64,000 bases of DNA from Podarcis melisellensis (taxonomy: Eukaryota). The notes below the pieces were generated by a model, which did not search any database, was not told the origin of the DNA, and was given only the letters and a program-made list of their open reading frames with translations. The DNA is taken from the NCBI GenBank assembly GCA_964234715.1, contig OZ174286.1; one strand, given 5' to 3'. Below are positions 1 through 11,985 of the stretch, piece by piece (positions within the stretch are counted from its first letter, which is position 1; each line of letters opens with the position of its first letter). Both the position numbers and the translations under genes were made by a program.

Positions 1-253
1 GTCAGGCTCCAGGGCCCAGAGACCCCCGGCAGCAGGCAGGGCAGGACAGGGATCCCGGGGCGCTGGTTTGCATCCCCTAGAAATTGTGCTCCAGGGGCTA
101 TGCCCCCCTGCCTCCCATGCTAAGCCCCTGCTTTAAGAAGCATGAAAAGTGACTCAATTAATGGAGAGGTGAAGCTTATCACATGTGCATTAGGTTGCCA
201 AACTTCCACTGAAATCTCACAGCCCACCTCAAAGTCTAGGCGACTCTCGGGAG

Positions 254-693
254 TGTCACGGTTCGGTCTACGGGCGATTGAAGTCCTGGGTGGGAGGAGG
301 AACAAGAGTCCAGAAGCCAGAAGTCAGGAGGTCAAGGGTCAGAAGGTCAGAGAGCCGGGAGTCAAGAAACCAGGGGTCCGAGGGTCAGGAAGCAAGGAGT
401 CACGAAGTCAAGGGTCTGGGGATCAAGAGGCAGGGAGTCAAGAAGCCGAGGTTCAAAGATCAGGAAGCAAGAAGCCAAACACAGCAAGGCAGGAAGCGCG
501 TTGCTGTGGCAAAGAGCCAAAGGGAAATGCTGACCTTATATCCCTTCCCGGCTCTTGCCACCAGGTGCAGGGAGTTACCAAGCGGCCTCACCTGTGCGGC
601 CACGCCTTGCCTCTTCAGAACAAACTGAGGAAGGCCCCAGTCCTGCGAATCCCTACTGGTCACAAAGCCTGGCTCCTGCACACACTCCTAACA
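254..693 (-). mobile_element. Solo LTR (TG...CA, ~440 bp)
   Basis: Starts TGTCACGG and ends CCTAACA; flanks GGGAG/AGGAG form a near-perfect 5-bp TSD; TATA-like GATATAAG on the minus strand; short GTCAGG-like repeats. Confidence 0.65.
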
Positions 694-830
694 AGGAGTG
701 GCATTCTGCGGAGCAACAGAAGCAGCCAATTGGAAGTAAAAATGAGAAAACAGAAACCATCAACAGCAACCAAACCAAACCAACAAAGTCCCTCCAGAAA
801 CAACAAAACCCATATGTTTGGAAGCACCTT

Positions 831-1137
831 TGAAATATACTTGGAGTCATAGTGGTGAAGAGGAATGGAAGTTCCCTCAGAATGTCTGCTTTATATACAT
901 TATTTACACAATGGGCCCCACATGATTGGCTAATTCTGGGATTCACCTGTAGGCCAATCAGGTTGCGGATTCACTTCCACCTGGAGCTGGATTGGTTGGC
1001 TCCTGTGGACCAATCACACTGCTGCATTCTGGACCCTATTGTTCTAGGACCAATCAGACTGCTGCAGTCTGAATCCTATTGTTCTAGGACCAATCAGACT
1101 GCTGCCTTTTGGATCTTATTCAACTCAGTACATAACA
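831..1137 (-). mobile_element. Solo LTR (307 bp) with CCAAT-box tandem repeats
   Basis: TG...CA termini; perfect TSD ACCTT (826-830 / 1138-1142); minus-strand TATATAAA; three ~40-bp CCAATCA units. Confidence 0.8.
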
Positions 1138-1203
1138 ACCTTGCATGTGTCCACATGGGTCTTTTTGTTTCCCAGCTTTTTATATGTGCAATATGTAGGG
1201 GGG

Positions 1204-1489
1204 AAAGGTAAAGGGACCCCTGACTGTTAAGTCCAGTTGTGGACGACTCTGGGGTTGCGGCGCTCATCTCGCTTTACGGGCCAAGGGAGCCGGCGTACAG
1301 CTTCCGGGTCATGTGGCCAGCATGACTAGGCCACTTCTGGCGAACCAGAGCAGCGCACGGAAACACCATTTACCTTCCCGCCGGAGCGGTACCTCTTTAT
1401 CTACTTGCACTTTGACATGCTTTTGAACTGCAAGGTGGGCAGGAGCAGGGACCAAGGAATGGGATCTCACCCCGTCACAGGGATTCGAG
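1204..1489 (-). mobile_element. Sauria SINE (5'-truncated)
   Basis: Reverse complement of the ...GGGGTCCCTTTACCTTT tail and SINE core. Confidence 0.9.
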
Positions 1490-2340
1490 ACCTAATGAAG
1501 GAACAGCTGCTGCCTCTTGCCTGGTATATGAATCCAGGGCCTTTTGAAAGATGGAGCATAATAGGAAACAAGGGAGGAGACCAAGCCTGGGACAAAAGGA
1601 TGGAATGCATTAAAGTGAATAGATGTGTACAAAATCGATGTGGACTGTGACAAGGGGTCAGCGCATAAACTTAAGAAAAGAGGCTGATGGGAGATAAGCT
1701 TAGCAGAGCCTGAACTGACTGAAGTCCAACAATTGGAGGGGGAGGCTTGCAATTGTCTAAACTAGAGGTGACACAAACCAGAATCTTCACAATGTAGACA
1801 AGGGCCATTCCTCCCTCTTACAGTTGATTAATAAAGCGATAATCCCAGAGTAATGACATGCTTTAACTTCAGCGACTTTCACTAGAGAATCCTTATGCAC
1901 AGAACATCCTTCTCCTCCAATTTGGCTGTGGGAACTTTCCTTTGTGCTTTGGTCTGACTTCTGCCTTAAAAAACGATGCATCAAGGCGAAAGGAATCAAA
2001 CCTCCTGGTTGGCTAATGGCAAGCGAGAACGCAAGCTTCAAATATTTATCACCTTGCCAAAACTGTTTCTTTTCCCTTTCCTTAACACAAATTAATGCAG
2101 GCCCCAGGGGTTGCCTCCAAAGAAACAGTGATCCCACAAAACAGACACAGGTAGATCTGCTGTTTTACGTTAACCCTGAAAATTCAGCCAAATATTCCTC
2201 TTCTGATTTCGCCTGCCTTCCCTCCTCCCTTTCCCTCACTCTATCTTGTTCACAATGCTCCTAAATAAATCCATATTAAAAATGGCCAAAGTTTTAAGTT
2301 AATGAATTTCCTGTTCTTTGTTGTTGTTGCTTCCTTATTA

Positions 2341-2593
2341 CAGTGGTACCTCTGGTTGCGAACGGGATCCGTTCCAGAGCCCCGTTCGCAACCTGAGCAG
2401 AACACAACCCACATCTGTGCATGCGTGGGTCACGATTCGCCACTTCTGCACATGCACGTGACGTCATTTTGAGTGTCTGCACATGCATGAGAGGTGAATC
2501 CTGGAAGTAACCCATTCCATTACTTCCGGGTCGCCGCGGGACGCAACCTGAAAATGCTCAACATAGAAGCGTCTTTAACCCGAGGTATGACTG
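2341..2593. mobile_element. Tc1/mariner-type (Tigger-like) MITE
   Basis: TA|CAGTGGTACCTC ... GAGGTATGACTG|TA. Confidence 0.8.
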
Positions 2594-2599
2594 TACTTT

Positions 2600-2947
2600 G
2601 GGATGTGGGTGGCGCTGTGGGTTAAACCACAGAGCCTAGGACTTGCCGATCAGAGGTCGGCGGTTCAAATCCCCGTGACGGGGTGAGCTCCTGTTGCTCG
2701 GTCCCTGCTCCTGCCAACCTAGCAGTTCAAAAAGCACATAAAAGTGCAAGTAGATAAATAGGTACCACTCTGGCGGGAAAGTATACAGTGTTTCCGTGCG
2801 CTGCTCTGAAAGCAGCTTAGTCATGCTGGCCACATGACCTGGAAGCTGTACGCCGGTTCCCTCGGCCAATAAAGTGAGATGAGCACCACAACCCCAGAGT
2901 CGGTCACGACTGGACCTAATGGTCAGGGGTCCCTTTACCTTTACCTT
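2600..2947 (+). mobile_element. Sauria SINE (first unit of a tandem dimer)
   Basis: GGGATGTGGGTGGCGCTGTGG head and (ACCTTT)n tail. Confidence 0.92.
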
Positions 2948-2960
2948 AATCAAAGCAACA

Positions 2961-3304
2961 GGGACACGGATGGCAATGTAGGTTAAACCACCACAGAGCC
3001 TAGGACTTGCCGATCAGAAGGTCAGGGTTTGAATCCCTGTGACGGGGTGAGCTCCCGTTGCTCAGTCCCTGCTCCTGCCAACCTAGCACTTCAAAAGCAC
3101 ATCAAAGTGCAAGTAGATAAATAGGTACCGCTCTGGTGGGAAGGTAAACAGCGTTTCCGTGCGCTGCTCTGGTTCGCCAGAAGCGGCTTAGTCATGCTGG
3201 CCACATGACCCGGGAGCTGTACGCCGGTTCCCTCGGCCAATAAAGCGAGATGAGCGCCACAACCCCAGAGTCGGTCACGACTGGACCTAATGGTCAGGGG
3301 TCCC
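2961..3304 (+). mobile_element. Sauria SINE (second unit of a tandem dimer)
   Basis: Full head to GGGGTCCC, followed directly by the TSD. Confidence 0.92.
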
Positions 3305-4539
3305 TATGACTGTACTTTACTGTTGGGGGTCATCAGTATGACTCCCTTGGGCATCATAGAACCATGGCACCCTCTTCCTCCTCCTTCTCAAAACTGTGCG
3401 AGCAAAGGGTGATTCTAGAAGAGAGTGAGAGGATCCAAGGAGAGAAGAGCTCTTGAAGTGTCTTTGATAGTCCACTCATCAAGGTACCTTACCTTACCTA
3501 GGAGACTCATCATCGCCAGTTCAAGGAAGAGCATCACCCAGCTAGAGATGAAGGTGCACCATAGACACACCTCGATGAGGTATGAAAGGAGTCAAAATAA
3601 GACATATTTACTGGCTTATAAATAATCGGTCTTGGGTTAAAATAAAGCATGGGCCTCATCAATTTACAGAGTCACAAGACGATGCAGCACAACTCCCTCA
3701 TGCGCTAAGCCCATGGCCAGGAGTTGTTTCGCAACCGAGCCAGTATATATTTGACATTTTTTTATGTGTCAGACTTTTTATTTTTGCTGTCTGCTATTCA
3801 GCCTTTTATAAATCAGTAAGCTTATTGCTTTCCCATTCAAATGCACATTTTTCTTCAGCACAGCATCTTTCTACAAAAGGTAGCAATTCAGATACAGGAG
3901 ATCAATGCAATGAGATGCAGCAAGCCTAGCATAAAAGAACACAATTTTCAGGGCCATTAAGTACCTGATTTCTAACAGAGAAAGTCCAGTTTGCTGCATG
4001 GACAAATTACTGTTCCAAGCTTTTAAATGCTGCCAACTTGTTTTGAGATACATATACATTCTCCCCCTCCTAGCTTGATAGGAAATGTAGTTTCTTTTTA
4101 AATGCACAAGCTGTTTGCAGACTTTAGAAGGGAGGTTGGAGAAACTGAGATTAACAGCAGCTGGACAAATGCTAACCCGATGCAGTCTCAATGGTAAAAG
4201 ACAACTGAGATGTTTTGGTTTAAGGCATGCAACTACAAATGCAGTCAAAAAAGCCTTTACCGGCAAACACAATTTCTTTCTGCATTTCTCTCTGTGATAT
4301 CTGGACAAGTAAAGTTTAATGTATCTGAAGTATCAATGAGAATAGGTAGCAATGCATTGATGTGGCCTGATGATGTGGATAGGATATGCAATTATATCCC
4401 CTGGCTGGTTGAAGCTAAACAGAGTGGAGCAGTTGGCGGGTGCAGGATGTTGTGAATGCCTCGTTGCATGTTGCAGAGGTATCAGCCGCATGAAAAAGGC
4501 AGCCATGTGGTTGACCCCTTAAAAAAAAGCCCACACTAA

Positions 4540-4972
4540 TCCCAATAGTGATGTATGGAAGTGAGAGCCGGACCATAAAGAAGGCTGACCGCCAAAGAAC
4601 TGACGCTTTTGAATTATGGTGCTGGAGGAGACTCTTGGGAGTCCCATGGACTGCAAGAAGATCAAACCTATCCATTCTTAAGGAAATCAGCCCTGAGGGC
4701 TCACTGGAAGGACAGATCCTGAAGCTGAGGCTCCAATACTTTGGCCACCTCATGAGAAGACTCCCTGGAAAAGACCCTGATGTTGGGAAAGATGGAGGGC
4801 ACAAGGAGAAGGGGACGACAGAGAATGAGATGGTTGGACAGTGTGCTTGATGCTACCAGCATGAGTTTGACCAAACTGCGGGAGGCAGTGGAAGACAGGA
4901 GTGCCTGGCATGCTCTGGTCCATGGGGTCACAAAGAGTCAGACACGACTAAACGACTAAAGGACAACAACAA
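4540..4972 (+). mobile_element. Bov-B (RTE) LINE 3' fragment
   Basis: MYGSESRTIKKADRQRTDAFELWCWRRLLGVPWTARRSN is typical of the Bov-B ORF C-terminus; (CAA)n tail. Confidence 0.92.
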
Positions 4973-5009
4973 ATGGTGTGTTGTAACTACTGGACAGTTG
5001 CTTAGAACT

Positions 5010-5545
5010 CTTTTTGAGGAAAGGTATTAGAGAGGGTGGTGGCAGAGCAACTTTGAGTGCTCCTGGATTACACTGCTTAGAAGGATCCACTTCAATCTGG
5101 ATTCAGGCTGGTTTTGGGACTCGGTCACCCTGATGGATGAACTGTGTTGAGAGAGGGGAGACTATGACCCTATTCCTCTGATTCAGTCTGCTGGGAATTG
5201 TAGTCCCAAAACATCAGGAGGGCCGAGTTTGCCTATGCCTGTCCTAGACTGACTGTGATGGGTACTGAAGGCACTTTACTTCAATGGCTCAATTCGTATT
5301 TGCCCAGTTGCCCAGAGAGTAACATTATGGGAGTGTTCTTTGATTCCCTGTCATCTGTGCTATGGGGTTCTGCAGGGCTCTAATCTGTCCCCAACACTTT
5401 TTAACATCTCTATGAAGCCACCGAGAGAAGTCACTAGGAGTTTTGGAGCACAGTGCCATCATTATGCCAATGAAGTTACAGTTCTATTTCTCAATAGTAT
5501 TTGAATCTGAAGAGACTGTGCCAAACCTGAACAGCCTTAATGCTG
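5010..5545 (+). mobile_element. Degenerate L2/CR1-group LINE RT remnant
   Basis: DPLQSGFR-like and GVLQGS...FNISM remnants; heavily decayed and interrupted. Confidence 0.55.
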
Positions 5546-5550
5546 TAGTG

Positions 5551-5992
5551 TAGAGGTTTTCAACCTTTTTGAGTCCACAGCTCCTTTGACCAGCTACATT
5601 CTTTCTGTGGCAGCCCTGTGGGGCTCAGCAGCCCAGTTACGTCACCTCTTGCCTGTAGCCTCTCACCCTTTTTTGAACACCCTCCATTGTGGAGTGTTCC
5701 CTCAGCCTCCTCTCCCCTCTACTTGGGAGTCCTCTGAGCAGCTGCTGCTGCTGCCCCTGCTCTCTGGGCTTCCCCCCACACCCCAAAGAGAGGTGCCACC
5801 CAGAGACACCATTCGCTTGCGAAGCTTATACCCAGGACTGATGCAACAAAGAGCTGTGCAAGCTTTTGGGAAGCAGAGATGCAAGAGGAGGGAGGGAAGG
5901 AAAGAGGGACAGAGGCCAGTGTTGCCTGCAGCACCCCTGACCATCATTCAAGGCACCCCAGGGTGCCACGGCACACTGGCTGAAAACCACTG
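5551..5992. mobile_element. hAT-type MITE
   Basis: TAGAGGTTTTCAACC ... GGCTGAAAACCACTG termini; 8-bp TSD CTGTAGTG (5543-5550 / 5993-6000). Confidence 0.82.
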
Positions 5993-6011
5993 CTGTAGTG
6001 GACTGGACCTC

Positions 6012-6240
6012 GGCATCTGTCTGTCTCAAAAGGCAATGGAAGTGTGTCATCAGGGGGAAGGTAAAACCATTTGAGAGTCACAGTGCCTGTTGTGGCTGTG
6101 GAGTCTGATACAGGAGAGACATGTTTTACTGCAGCGGGGGCAGATGAAAGTGTCTGGTTTCGCTGTTACACATGCACTATAGCGGGTCTTTTCTCTGCGC
6201 TCCTCCCATCGGTCATTTCTCCTGGACTGCATGAGGACCA
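6012..6240 (-). mobile_element. RTE-clade LINE 3' fragment with C-terminal C2H2 zinc finger
   Basis: FICPRCSKTCLSCIRLHSHNRHC in ORF 6050-6349. Confidence 0.7.
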
Positions 6241-6657
6241 GTGAGCAATATGAGTCCTTGGAAGGATGACTCTCCCTGCCTACTTTAGCTATCAGCTTGC
6301 AACATGGAAAGGAGGGATTAATCCATGATAATCTCAAAAAATGTCTCAAGATATATTGAACTCTCTGAGTAGAGGAAAATGCGTAACAGAAGGGGGATTT
6401 GTGTCAGATGCCCTCTCCCACATGTCAGCATGAAGGCTAGATGTGGGTAGCAGTCTCCATCTGCCGGGAGAAATGTCATTTCAGAGATGGCAACAGCAGT
6501 ACTCTTGGGCACTTATCAATATCTCCAATTAGGATAGAAATTAAGAGGCTCTCAGTTCCAATTAGATTTGTCCACTAATCAAATCACTGGTCCTTTATGG
6601 GTAACGTCAGGCAAGCTGAAGGAGAGGGGAATCCTTTGCAATGTTATTCACAAATTA

Positions 6658-6915
6658 CCGTATTTTTTGCTCTATAAGACTCACTTTTTCCCTCCTAAAA
6701 AGTAAGGGGAGATGTGTGTGCGTCTTATGGAGCGAATGCAGGCTGCGCAGCTATCCCAGAAGCCAGAATAGCAAGAGGGATTGCTGCTTTCACTGCACAG
6801 CGATCCCTCTTACTGTTCTGGCTTCTGAGATTCAGAATATTTTTTTCTTGTTTTCCTCCTCCAAAAACTAGGTGCGTCTTGTGGTCTGGTGTGTCTTATA
6901 GAGCAAAAAATACGG
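6658..6915. mobile_element. pogo/Tigger-like MITE
   Basis: Perfect TIRs CCGTATTTTTTGCTCTATAAGAC with TA TSD. Confidence 0.85.
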
Positions 6916-7828
6916 TATTTGTATGCAGCCCTAAGTTTCATTTCAACATTTGGCAAAAACAAAAACACAAAAAAACTCTTCACTAGTATCTTGTGGGAAT
7001 GAAAAGAAATCCCACTTCTCAAGGGCAGGGGGGAGAAAGAAAAAAAGATTTTGGCTTCTTAAGTGCAAGACGCTGAAAACAAAAGTTTGATGTCAAGAGT
7101 AAAAGACTGCAGGTGTGGGAATTTCTAGTAATATGACATATACTGTATATGGCAACTCCAATCTTGAAATGTGTATTTTTAGCTATATGTAAAGATGACT
7201 GGTGCAAACCTTTAAAAGCCCTAAAAGGCAAGATGGGAAAGAACAGGACTCATTTGACATAGTGTGGAGGAGTGTGAGGTCTGTTGTTATATATTAGCCA
7301 GTTTTCTGTAGGTTGAGTTCTTCCATATATGGTCAGACATGAAAAACCAAAGAGAGGGATAATTACTTTTTTAAAAGGAACTACAATTCATGTGCTGCTA
7401 CCCTAACAATGTCCTTTGGTGCACACAAGGAATTGTGCAGATGATCTGGGGGAAGGACTTCCTAGGTTCTCAAAGGTCCACCAGCAGTAGCAGCCCCTCA
7501 AGCTGCATCAGATACCTACCTCTGAAATTCTCTCTGTTTCCCTCCAGCTGACAAGGACAGCTCATCTGGTAGGATGGCAGAGCTGCTGATGGCTTAGAAA
7601 GTCTTGTGTGCAAACAAAGATTGGTCACATATTTAGGGACTGGGACTTTTAAGAAAAAGCTCATCGGGCAATGCTACTGAAGAGGGATAGGAACATTTTG
7701 TTCTAAGGAAACAAAGCTCTTTGCCAAAGCAAACCAGAAACAACACAAGGGAGTTGGAAAACTTTGGCCTTCCAGATGTTAATTAATTACAACTCCCATT
7801 AGCCCTAGCAAGCATGGCTAGTTGCCAG

Positions 7829-8163
7829 GGGTGGCGCTGTGGTCTAAACCACTGAGCCTAGGGCTTGCCGATCAGAAGGTCGGCGGTTCGAATCCCCGCA
7901 ATGGGGTGAGCTCCCGTTGTTCGGTCCCAGCACCTGCCAACCTAGCAGTTTGAAAGCACATCAAAGTGCAAGTAAATAAATAGGCACCGCTCTGGCGGGA
8001 AGGTAAACGGTATTTCCGTGCACTGCTCTGGTTTCACCAGAAGCGGCTTAGTCATGCTGGCCACATGACCCAGAAAAACTGTCTGCGGACAAATGTTGGC
8101 TCCCTCGGCCAGTAAAGCGTCACAACCCCAGAGTCGTTCATTGTCAGGGGTCCTTTACCTTTT
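7829..8163 (+). mobile_element. Sauria SINE
   Basis: SINE head, core and tail, with internal deletions near the 3' end. Confidence 0.9.
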
Positions 8164-8806
8164 TAAAGCAGAAATAAATGATTTCATTCTTTCAGACCAC
8201 ACTGCTTGTGGATTTCCATCTTCCAATGAGTTTTGTTTTGACTTTCCCATCTGACTCAAGGACTCAACCATGGATGTCAGTTCAGCTTATCCACTCCAAT
8301 GTGACTTAATTGTCCATGGATCCCACGCTGAAAATCTGTTTTATATGAAAAGTAAGTTACTAGGCCTGTTGTGAGATGAAAATGAGAATTCTGGGGGTAA
8401 ATATTTGTGTGTGTCTGCCATAAGATTTATACTTGCCTTTTAAAATTGTTTTCTGGCCAGAACCAGTGAGTTTTGCAGAACTCTGCAAATGCATTCCAGT
8501 AAGCTACTTACCGAACTTGTGAATGACATTATCATGCATTTTCTGCTTATCAGGCGAGGCAGGAGGAACCTTTGCCCTCCAGATGTTGCTGAATTACAAA
8601 TTCTGTCATACCTGGCAACTAGCCATGCTTGCTAGAGCTGATGGGAGTTGTAATTAATCAACATCTGGAAGGCAGATCAGAAGCAGGGTATTAGGCTTTG
8701 AGGGTAGTTCACCTATATTAATGAATAAGATCACAGCAATTATTAGACAGTAATATTTGCTATTAAAAAGTACATCAGTCTGCAGCATTGTACAGTAAAT
8801 AGAAGT

Positions 8807-8812
8807 TTTATT
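8807..8812 (-). terminator. Probable distal poly(A) signal AATAAA of GOLGA4 (others at 8908-8913 and 9217-9222)
   Basis: tttatt on the + strand downstream of the terminal exon; which signal is used is not determinable from sequence. Confidence 0.55.
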
Positions 8813-9480
8813 CTCTCCCAGCTCTGCAAGATTAGCACTGCCAACAGTCAGAGATCAGCTTATGATACAAGGAAGTAGTAACTATTTACAATTTACAGGA
8901 GTGTAAATTTATTCCCCACAAAATATAAGTACAAAAGCTAGGAATAAACAAATGAGGTACTGCAATTTGGATTCATTATAAAGCAAGTGCTTGAAAGAAA
9001 TTGCCTTTAGCAAACAATCAAGAGATCAAATTGTGAGGGAGGGGGAAAAGTCGAAACAGGTTTAATTTACCAAGAACATCACCAAGGCCTCCTACCCACC
9101 CAAAGTATATTGCACAATTATTTCAGACGATAAAACTGTTAAAAATAAATAGGGCAGTCAAACCATTAATTCTTCAGAGAGATCCTGTGAGATCTGTATT
9201 GCAGTGAGGCAAAACATTTATTAAAAAATATTCTAAACCAAAATAGAAAACTGTGTTCAATATAAGCACTCCATCACCGCGTAAGACAATCTTTCAAGAC
9301 AACTGTTTGATTACATTCATGCCCAGCCCACAACCCATCATTGTTCTTAATTTTGCTCATTTCACGTGGGGCAATGAATAGTAGTTCTTCTCCTGTCCAT
9401 TCTTCATAGAGCTAGTATGGAGATATGATCAGATTTCAAAGGAGCGCCATTTGCTACAAAGTGCATGTGTTGCAAGTTCT

Positions 9481-9504
9481 TCAAGTGGACGATCGCAGCC
9501 AGGA
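9481..9504 (-). CDS. GOLGA4: GOLGA4 terminal exon 26 coding part, alternative C-terminus SWLRSST*
   Basis: CCCTTCCAG| acceptor; matches the mammalian SWLRSSS variant; followed by an AT-rich 3'UTR. Confidence 0.9.
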   Translation of the reverse strand, partial: SWLRSST

Positions 9505-9848
9505 CTGGAAGGGAGGGATGATATGAAAAAATTTAAAAGCGCAAGTAAAAGCAAAGCAACAAACTAATTTACGATACAGAAAGACATAAAAGGTTTAAGA
9601 GGCAAGTTGAAAACCAACTACCCCACAGTTTAAAAAAGCAGTTTACTTGTGTGTGTTGCTTAATACAATTCAATATTACAATCTGGCCCACCAGCCAGAT
9701 CCAGTCCACTCCCCTCCCCCCCTTAGTAAGTGAATGAAAAAGGCACAATGGCATGACAGAAAGACTGCAAGGGTCTTGGCTAGGCAGCAGGCACAATGTA
9801 CTATGGGGCATGGAACAATATATCCAGAACAGTGGATGGCAGGGAAGA

Positions 9849-9891
<43 letters not shown>

Positions 9892-9905
9892 ATCTATCCA
9901 TCCAT
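9849..9905 (+). repeat. (CTAT)n microsatellite
   Basis: About 10 perfect units followed by degenerate ATCC units. Confidence 0.95.
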
Positions 9906-11264
9906 CCTGTTGTAGATGTTGTTACTACTACTACAATTATTATTATATGCATATGTATCCCTTATAAGTTCAGTTTTATTTCAGCTAAAATATGGGGTTG
10001 CGATATCTTCGAAACAGCTTTTCCTTTGGCTCACTTGACCTCACAGGTGATTTTAATGTTTTGTCGCTTTAGTCTACCCTGAAATGGCCAACGTAGCTGA
10101 TCACATTTCATTCACAAGAGCTTCATATTATCTTGAGTAATTTCCATGTATAAATATATTGAAGCATATATATGGTCAAAATACTTTGTCCTCTGCAAGT
10201 TCCTTGGCTTCTGTAATCTAAGTTAAATAAATTTGTATTTCCAAAACGAACTTCTGCATAATCACATTTTGTACGCTTGACTTTAAATCATTATTTAAAT
10301 TCTGAAGAACCTAGATTTATGTGGGAATTCAGTAGTTGGGGGGCTATGCAAAGTAGAACATGTAAAAATACAGAGGATAAACTTCCCACTTCTACAGCAC
10401 TGGGACTTTCTGCAGACAGCTTGCTTCACATTTTCAGATTTCCTTCCAAAGCAATTTATAACTTGATTTTTTAGCTTCTTGTGAATTCAGTCCTATGCCA
10501 GATTTCAAAACGGATGTAGAATTCACAGGCAGCTAGAAAAAAAGGGGATAACTAGCCCTTCCTGACAGTTGTGAAAGACTAGTACAATCCATTTTGAATA
10601 ATAAACCTATTACTGAATTTTTCTGGCTTGGAACTTAAGTTTTCCATTCCTTATTACATTTTGAGCACTAAAGTGAAAACTGACATTCATATATTTAGGC
10701 AAATAAAGGTCAAACTAAACATGACACTGGAAACGTGCAACAGGGTACCACTGTTGCTATTAAAATAAAAAATGCCAGGAGATCCAATCCAATATACTAC
10801 ATCTAGTTTGGTCTGCAGTATATCAGCAATTAGTACACAAGGTAAAGTGAGCCAAAATCAGTGCAACTTGTATCATAATCTTATGTTGATCTAATATTAT
10901 GCATCAGATGTGTGAAGCTGCGAACATGTTCTTCAAAATAATCTCAAATTGGTCCAAGATCACACAAAAATGTTGTGGGATTAAGAAGTCCTCTTTACAA
11001 GTGCTTGCCTTGCCAAATAAATATGATAAGAACAAGTGTTCGGCATCCTTGTTAGTGGGAGGGACTAGTTATTACTGGATGGTAGCCAAAGCTTGTCATA
11101 TTTACTTAAGTCTACAGATTTCAGTGGGTTTACTCTGTACAACTAACAGTGGATATCACTCACTATTATTAACAAACATTGTATGTACTAGGCAAAACCA
11201 AATATTGTATGTACCAGGCAACACTCACCCACATGCTAACTAAAAGCACTGATTGATGGCTTAT

Positions 11265-11294
11265 TCAGAAGATGCCACTGCGAGGTGAGGTGAA
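11265..11294 (-). CDS. GOLGA4: GOLGA4 exon 25 coding part, alternative C-terminus FTSPRSGIF* (whole exon 11229-11294)
   Basis: TTGTAG| acceptor with branch-point-like CACTAAG; GG|GTGAGT donor at 11228; peptide matches the mammalian p230 C-terminus. Confidence 0.92.
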   Translation of the reverse strand, partial: FTSPRSGIF

Positions 11295-11756
11295 CTACAA
11301 AGCCAGGAAAAGAACAGCTTAGTGGGTTACTGTGTTAATAAAAGCAATGTGAGTTTAGATATGTTAGACATCTATTTCCACACTGTCAAACTTGTGGACA
11401 TAGCAAGTGAGATGCCAGTGATTAGCCTTGTCATTTCTCTGCTCTGTACAGAGTTTGACATATGGGTGAAGGGTAAAAACAGCAATGGCAGCCAGCACTG
11501 GCACTGCTTTCCAGGGTAAACTAGAGCCAAGTATTGCCCGCTTCATGCAATGCACATGCACAATCCATGAACCTGCAGAAGTTTGCTTTTAAGCCTAGGA
11601 TGCCTCGTTGCTGTTTCTTGCTACTTTTTCCTTCAGGTGGCTCAGGCAAAGGTCTACTAATTTCTACTAAAGCTGCTAGTATCAAAATAGGACTCCAGGG
11701 TAGGAACACATGGGACTTTATTTTGATAGACACAACATGAAATATTAGGCCTGGTA

Positions 11757-11985
11757 CAGTGGTACCTCTGGTTACGAACTTAATTCGATCCGGAGGTCCG
11801 TTCTTAAGCTGAAACCGTTCTTATCCTGAGGCGCGCTTTCGCTAATGGGGCTTCCTGCTGGGTGCATGATTTCCATTCTCATCCTGGGGCAAAGTTTGCA
11901 ACCAGGGGCAGCTACTTCCAGGTTAGTGGAGCTCGTAACCAGAAGCGTTCATAACCAGAAGCGTTCGTAACCAGAGGTACCACTG
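11757..11985. mobile_element. Tc1/mariner-type MITE
   Basis: TA|CAGTGGTACCTCTGGTTACGAAC ... GTTCGTAACCAGAGGTACCACTG|TA. Confidence 0.88.

Noticed and set aside
142-852. 236-aa ORF on the + strand
   Set aside because: It runs through the low-complexity repeats of a solo LTR, has no recognisable domain and no splice context.
1008-1120. CRISPR-like regularly spaced repeats
   Set aside because: These are tandem ~40-bp units without unique spacers, inside an LTR of a vertebrate genome.
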